Source of the DNA: Fistulifera solaris
Taxonomy: Eukaryota
NCBI GenBank assembly: GCA_030295235.1
Contig: AP026131.1
Coordinates: 992,001-1,056,000, forward strand
Direction of reading: 5' to 3'
DNA length: 64,000 nt
The notes under the pieces were generated by a model. It did not search any database and had not been told where the DNA came from. It worked only from the letters and a program-made list of their open reading frames with translations. This document shows, one piece after another, positions 56,846 to 64,000 of this stretch. Made by a program: the position numbers and the translations under genes. Positions within the stretch are counted from its first letter, which is position 1. Each line of letters starts with the position of its first letter.

Positions 56846-57196
56846 ATGGTTCAAATACTGAACACGCTAAGACATTTTTCTGGTCTTTTTAAATTGCAGG
56901 GAAACTGTCTTCTACATAAAGATGTATACACAGATTGCTTTGACGTTTTTCGAATAGAGGAGGAGAAAAGGAACACGCCTGCACGCAACATCCGCAACAT
57001 CGAGCATTGCGAGACGACGGTTGACGATTTGCTTTTGACACACCCAAATGCAATCATTGCTAGTCTAATTACAATCATAAATAACAAGAAAGTGCTGCTG
57101 ATAGAGTTGCGCTTATTGCGACAAAAGACGTTTTTAACAACAAGCGTGAGCGCGTTTCTTAAAGTGAGCTACGGTAAACGTTTCAGCTGAGATACG

Positions 57197-60100
57197 ATGA
57201 ATGGCGAGGACGCCGCATTGGTATCAGATGACGGGGGCGATCCGGGCTTTTCCAGGAACGTTTCTTCTCCGGGCGCAGATATATCCCATAATTTAACATC
57301 AACTCCTTCGTCAACTGACTCCAAAGGATCAGCCGGGCGACCGTGGAAATCTCGAGTCAAGTCCGCTCTCGGTTCGCTTCGAAAAAAACGACGGGCGAGT
57401 CGAGAGAAAGCCAACTCGGCGATGGCCGAGCCATCCAGCAGTGAGGATTCCGAGGTTGTTGAAACTCAAGGAGGCAACGTCGATGCGGGAGACGTTGTTA
57501 AGTCTTTGGACTTTAAACTGTCGTCGGCGTCGTCTGGTTCGACCGCAGGGCCTCCTTCCGGTGCTTTTCCATCCGATTCTAATTTATCGACGGAGAGAAG
57601 CGGCGATGCAACGGATCCGGATTTACTAGCCATTCTGCGGGAAGTGTCGCTAAAATCATCGGGTGCTGGACGTTTTGACGATAATGAGGACGTTGGAAAT
57701 ACGGCTAGCTCAACCGATGTGGAAAATTCTGCCATGCGAACTATCATTGCAGCGGATCTCGACGATATCGAAGAGGAAACATTAAAAAGCTCCAAAACTG
57801 AACCAGTACCCGTGAGCAGTCCACGTGCCACCGAAGCCCCTGGCTATGGCATCAAATCGGAGTTCCAGTCGACCTTTCAGGGCGAGCGTGGTGGTTCTGC
57901 AGAGGATGCCGAACTTCTGGCTCTACTGCGTGGGGTATCGGCCAAGTCGAGCGGTGCTGATCGCTTTGCTGACTCTAGCGATGATGTCTCTCAAATGCGA
58001 CAAAGTCATGAGCGAGCCGCTCCGTCCCCAGTATCTGCGAAAAGCGAAACCGCGATTAAGAAGTCTGACAATCTACCTCCTTGGAAGCGAAGGGGACCTG
58101 CAAAGGCTAACACTGTAGATGCAGTTGTCGTCGCTGCACCAAAACCGAAGGGACCAGCAGCGTCGGAGGGTACAGCCGAGCAGGTGTCGCTTGCTGTCGA
58201 AGCATCTGGATATGGCATCAAGTCTGAGTTTCAATCGACCTTCCAGGGTGAACGCGGTGGATCAGCAGAGGATGCCGAACTTCTGGCTTTACTGCGTGGC
58301 GTATCGGCCAAGTCAAGTAGTGCCGATCGCTTTGCTGATTCGAGCGATGATGTACCTCAAGTACAACCAATTAGAAGACAGCCCGCGGTCAAGAAAAACG
58401 ACAATTTACCTCCTTGGAAGCGAAGGGGACCTGCAACAGCTGTAAATGAAGATGTAGTCGCCGTCGCTGCACCCAAAGCGAAGGGCTCGGTGCCGTCGGA
58501 TGATACAGCCGAGCAAGTGTCGCTTGCTGTTGAATCAACTGGGTATGGCATCAAGTCTGAGTTTCAATCGACCTTCCAGGGCGAGCGTGGAGGATCTGCA
58601 GAGGATGCCGGACTTCTGGCTTTACTTCGCGGGGTATCGTCCAAGTCAAGCGGTGCCGATCGCTTTGCTGACTCGAATGACGCTGCTGCCGAGGTGAAAG
58701 AGAATCGCAGTCAAACTTTACCCAAGCAAGAGTCAATTCAAAAGCCTACGCCAAACTCTGATCAGAGTCATCCAAACACAACCCTAAAGCTTCGCCTTTC
58801 TGAGAATAGCTCGGCCCGTAATACTGAACAAGCTGAAGACCAGAGTCTCGATCGGGGTAGTGTTAAGGAGGCTCTTGAAAGTAAAGATTGGAAAACTCGG
58901 GTCAGAGCATTTGAGTATCTCATATCAAACACGAATGGGTTTAGCGCTTCGCATGAGCTTTTTGATAGTGACGTCCTGTTAGAGGGCCTGGATGCAATGA
59001 TTCCCCGTTTCTTTGAAGATATGCAGGTTGCGGTACTGGACAAAGCATTGGAATTCGGTTTACTTTATGCAAATTACTGTAAAGGGGCAACAAAACCGGA
59101 ACAAGCGCGTGCAATCTCTTCTTCGTTATTGAAAAGAATGCATTTGCTTCTCGACCTTCAACGACATCTCTAGCCCACTCATTGGTACTGAAGTTGATTG
59201 AAGTTGGAGACACTGGTAAATCTTCTTTAGATGCCGTTGTGGATGTAATGTTGCATGAAGGGTTGATTTCCAAGAAGCCCAAGATCGTGCAGGCCGTATC
59301 AATCATTCTCCACGATGTGACTATTCATTTTGGATTCGCGAACCTTCCTTTGCCGTCGCTTGTTGAGCATTTACCGAAGCTGCTTGCACATACGAACGCC
59401 GTCGTAAGAGAGAATGGACTCAAGATTACCGCCGAAATATGTCGCGGCTTGGGTTCTAAAGCAGCCATTCAAAATGTGGTAGACCTGATGAAAAGCGCAC
59501 AAATTTCGCAATTAGACAAGCTACTCGATGAGCAGTCACATCCATCTCCTACTTTGACTGGTTTTCGCTCTTTAGGGGGAACATCTGCAGAATCGACGCC
59601 GGACAGTGATGCAGTTGCAATGCTGGCAGTGCGGGCAGAGGAACTAGAGGCAGAGCGTTTTGCGTCTCGCCCAGCCGTTGATCTCATTTCATCTTTGAAC
59701 AGGACGGAGTATTCTGTCAGGCTGCAACGCCCGAAGTGGTCCGAAAAGGTCGCAGCCCTGCAAATGGCCCTCGAGTGCGGCGGTCAAAAGCCTTACAAGC
59801 TTGTCCAGCCTTCTTCGACCGTTAATTATGGCCCTCTCATTGCGGACATGAAAGGCTTACTATCACACACTCACTTTGCTGTTTGTAATAACGCAATGCA
59901 GGTTCTGTGCATGTTAGCAGAAGGTGTCGGTGAAAAGCTTTTTCCTAATTTACGACCGCTCCTCTCAGCTTTGTTTCGACTTTCAAAGGATAAGAAGCTA
60001 ACGAAGGGAGTAGGACTTTGTCTGGATTCATTTTTCGGTAACATTGTGGGCTTTACCCATTTACTTGAAGACGATGCTCTACCTGCCTCTTTTGACGAGA

Positions 60101-63100
60101 AAGTTGAGAAAAATGCCCTTGCTCGTACTTCATCAATGGAATTTTTAGGTCGGTGTGTTAGCCGTGGCTCGAAAGCTGGCCCTCGCGGCACACTAGACGG
60201 AGATAACGTCACACGGATCGCTTCGCTGTGCACTGAAAAACTCGACGACTCAGACGCAGCCGTTCGTAAGGCGTCGATGAACGTATTGCAGCTGCTCATA
60301 GAATCGGCGAACCCTGAATTTTGTGATAAGCTACGAAGCTTTGTTGAATCCTTGAGAGTCTCAAATCCGAGAGCGCACAAAGTGTTATCGAAAGCGACCG
60401 AGACTACAGACACGCCAACAGTGTCCGCAAGTGAGACAACGCGAAAAACGAACAAAAGTAAACCTTCTACTTTAGAAACAAGAAACAATGCACCGTCAAG
60501 AGATGCTTCCAACGCTCCCGTCACCGCCACCGAAGCCCAGAAAGTTGGACACAAACCTGAAGCAGTCGCTTCTAACATAACCAAGTCTCCTGGATTAGAA
60601 GAGGCTCTTGAAGTTGCTGCAAGCCTGAATATTCCTCTTTGGGGAGATATTGATGAAAATGGTGGCATTTATGCTGGGTTTAAGTGTAAGTACATTTGTT
60701 TTGGGGCGTATTTTGCATAACGAAACAAAACTCACCTCTGCTTTCAGCGGCTAAATGGCTTTATCGCCAAAATTCAATCAAGGGTATAATCAACTATATA
60801 GAGTCGGGAAATATTGATACGTCGGCATTAGACGTGGAAACAAAATCGAGCGCGTTGATGTTTCTAGTCAAAGAGCACACTCGGGGTTTCAAGGAAACGA
60901 ACGTCAATATCTTGAAAGCAATCATGGATCTTTTTATCGCCGTATGTGAGTATCACGAGGCGAAGGAAAGGTTATTAGGAAAATGGGTCGTATATGATGG
61001 AGTCGACCTGGCCATCCAAAAGATTTCTGACAAAAAATTGGTTGGATCTTGCAAAGCATTGTTGACTCATTTGTGCGTCGTAGCTTCCCCCCGGATCTGT
61101 TTTTAATTCAATTGTTTCGGCTGTGAAAGTTGCCAAAGCACCTTTAGTACACGAAGAGTCACTTCGTTGGGTGATTACGTTCTACTCCGACTTCGGGGCC
61201 TTTTCATTGAATTCTGAAGTTTCAGTATTAGCTTCTTGGGCTGCTGAGGTAAGTTGTGACTGTTATTTTTCCTGACCTGTTAGCTGGTGAATTTTAGCTT
61301 GGTCTGATAACTCTGCAGGAGTTGAAAACAACAAATCCTAAAATCAAGAAAGAGGCACAGACGGTTTTAGCCGAGTTGGTGAGTCAACTGGGACCAAGAA
61401 TCAAAGTATTGGTTATGTCTTTGATAAAATCGCCCGAAATTAAGAGCGATTTGGAGCTTTGTTTTGCAAAGGTATCATATGATCCCTCGTCTCTTCCGAC
61501 GTCTTGGCCAAAGCAATCACTAGCTGACCGCTCCTCGTCGACGAACGGGCCTGAAAGCAAAGGGACGTCCAACTTCGATTTGCCCAAAACAGATTTGTTT
61601 TCTTTGCTACCTCCCGATACGGTTTCCAAATTGGTGCGTATAAAATCTTGTTATCAGCAGCGCTTTCCCTGCATGAGTCTGAACCTTTTGCGTTACAGGG
61701 GACACTAAGCGGCAAAGCGGCGTGGAAGCAGAGAAAAGAAGCCCTTGATGAGGTCGATCGAGCTCTTTCAGAATGTGGCGGCTTAGTGGACTCGGGCTCT
61801 AATCAGAAGAAGAAATTGGCCGACCTTGCGCGTGCACTAAAGGATCGCTTATCAGACACACAAATAAATCTTAAACCGGTGGCTGCAAAAGTATAGGGAC
61901 GTTGCTCTCGTCCGTGGAATCATCTGTCCAAGCAAAGCTAGGCAGAATTGTTTATTCGCCACTTGTAAACGCTGCTATGATTGATATCAAGAAACCAATG
62001 AGGGATGCGTGTTTAACGGCACTAAGAGCAGGGACTTCTCTTCATTCTACAGAGAGTAATGGGCTTAACATCGAAGCAGTGGAACCTCTAGTTTCAGCAG
62101 TGATCAGTGAAGTTACCGAGTCAACTACAAGGGTAAGTGCCTAAGATTTTGTGGTCTTTGTTATGAGAAAGTCTCATTTGTGAGTGCACACGAAAAGGCT
62201 CCCGGTCTCGCGGAAGTCCTCGAGTTTTTGTGCGAGCTCGCTGCTACTTTGCCGAATCTTGACGAATCGTTGTCTTCAACGGGCCAGCCATTAGGGGTAC
62301 CTTTTGCTCAAGTCATCGTGGAGTGTCTGACCTCATCCAAGACGGAGACAAGATCTGCGGCAACTCGGCTTTTAGAGGTGGTTCTAGGTAACAGGGTGAT
62401 CGGCGCGGAAAACTTTAGAAAGGCTGTAGGGAAGCTTGTGCCTGCCAAACAACGAACAGTTGGCCCATTGGTGGCCAAATATGCTGGAACTGAAGGTTCA
62501 ACTCCGCAAGCGCATGCCACTTTTGGTGACCCCTCAAAAAGTCGAAGTGTCCCTGCTCGAACTTCAACAAAATTGTCTGCCGCACCCAATCAAAAAGACT
62601 TTTCTAGCCGACAACCGCAAAATGGAATAGCTCCGATGGCTAACGACCGAGCTGAGGTTCGTCGACACCCACTTCAACCGAAAACTAATATGATGTCTCT
62701 CCCAACGTGCAAGGGTATGGTCTGGCCGGAATATCCTGAGGAGCCGCAAGGCACTTCCATTTATCTAAATCTTAAAAAGTCATGGAGTCAGATACTGTCC
62801 GCAAAGGCTTTTGCCGCCCTTTTCCCAAGCACAGGAATACGAAAGCAAGATGAAGCCAAAGATGGTTGTGAAGTTCTACAAAAAGCTTTACAACTAGATC
62901 GCGAAGCCGGCTATACGCATGTTGTGCAGCAATTGGATTTCATTTTGAAATGGACTGTTTTCTCTTTATGTAGTAGAGAGACAACCACTGGTCTTCAAAC
63001 TTTGCTGATGTTCGTGAAAGAACTGCTGGCATACTTAGTTGACTATAAACACGAACTTTCCGATTCTGAGGCTTTTGGACTTTGTCCCGTATTTAATTGA

Positions 63101-64000
63101 CAGGGCAAGTAACGCCAAGGTATGTACATAGTTGCTTCTGTATTTTATGTTTCAGGATTGTTTCTGACTGAGCGATACAAGGGACGGTTCGGCGAAGTAC
63201 TCAATGGTATTGTTGAGTTTTTGAAGAAAGAGGAGCTTCTGCCGCCGAAAAGGCTTGGCTCAGTTGTCTGTATCGCCGTTATCGAAAGATCACCCCACGC
63301 CAAAGCTCGTGCTCTTGCATGTCAGATCTGTCATGATTGTATTGAAACAATAGGTTTGAACGGTTGTGGAAAGAAGGGAGTGGTCGCCGCCGCGAAAGCT
63401 TTTTCCGAGGAAAAAGTAGCTGAGGTGCGTAGCGAGTCGTCAATTGCTGATCATCCCTCATTTGTTCGATTAATCATTTCTTTGTTTTACAGACGCGGCT
63501 TGCCGCGCTGAATCTACTTGAGATGATTCTTGCCAAAATGAATGGGGATATTCAGCGCCTTTCAAGAATATGTGGTCCTGCACTTTCTATGAAGGCAACA
63601 TCCGAGCTTGAAGAAAAATGGAACAAAAGAAATTTTACCGTTACAAGTCCTTCGCCACACCCAAACTCTCACAAATTTACGAAGAGCGCAGATTATGATG
63701 AAAACGGATTGAATATTAGCGAAGATAGACAAAGTATTCGCGATGAGTTACCCTCCTTTAGACTGGATGCTGATCCTCCACTAGCCACCAGTCGAGATTA
63801 TAAGGGAATGGTTACATTAAGCGAGACGCAAAAAGTAGAAGTGGGAGACCATTCCGAAGGAACCGAGTATTATGACGCCAAGGAGCACAGCGAAACACCA
63901 GGCAAATTAGACGGAACCGCAGCTTCACTTCGAATGCGTTTACTTCAAATCAAAGGGAAAGGCAACTGCTCTGATCAAGATGCCTCCATTTCGAGCTCGC
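57197..64000 (+). CDS. XMAP215/ch-TOG/CKAP5 microtubule polymerase; multi-exon, several frameshifts, runs off the window end
   Basis: Successive TOG/HEAT starts (LESKDWKTRVRAFE, PKWSEKVAAL, AKWLYRQ..GFKETNVNI, AWKQRKEAL..RLSDTQINL, LDFILKW). GT-AG introns near 60686, 61248, 61634, 62133, 63120 and 63425. Confidence 0.85.

Noticed and set aside
59871..60668. Long antisense ORFs (e.g. 59871-60668, 16288-16863, 344-901)
   Set aside because: They are shadows of the real genes on the opposite strand, with no independent protein features.
1..64000. tRNA, rRNA or snRNA genes; autonomous transposase, RT or recombinase genes
   Set aside because: None recognisable by eye. tRNAscan-SE/Infernal and profile searches would be needed to exclude them.

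Overview
Gene-dense eukaryotic nuclear DNA with short (about 60-160 bp) GT-AG introns. It is most likely from a pennate diatom, inferred from bipartite signal+F/W plastid presequences, a zeaxanthin epoxidase and a DUF6824-type gene. About 25 protein genes are recognisable, including isovaleryl-CoA dehydrogenase, SDS22, TOM40, an NSUN2-type methyltransferase, a DFR-like reductase, WS/DGAT, a VWA/Cache membrane protein, a UPF1-like helicase, a tesmin/CRC protein, citrate synthase, ZEP, TAPT1, annexin, a CENP-I-like protein, TM9SF, HMG-CoA lyase, a degenerate REX4-like exonuclease and XMAP215. Many genes carry single-base indels in homopolymers, which look like long-read assembly errors. The intergenic DNA holds the most unusual signals: (A) a ~220-bp unit family in short arrays at five loci, each bounded by a conserved hairpin+ACACTTTG..TATAGT box; (B) a 217-bp tandem array with a similar box architecture; (C) a ~1-kb palindrome-rich TCCAGAA(A/T)TTCTGGA element at three loci; a complete Mutator-type MITE with a 9-bp TSD; and a non-LTR retrotransposon remnant abutting a family-A box. 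The most novel protein is a putative thylakoid-lumen (Tat-targeted) precursor made of six 36-aa repeats. All family assignments come from motif recognition; no database search was run.
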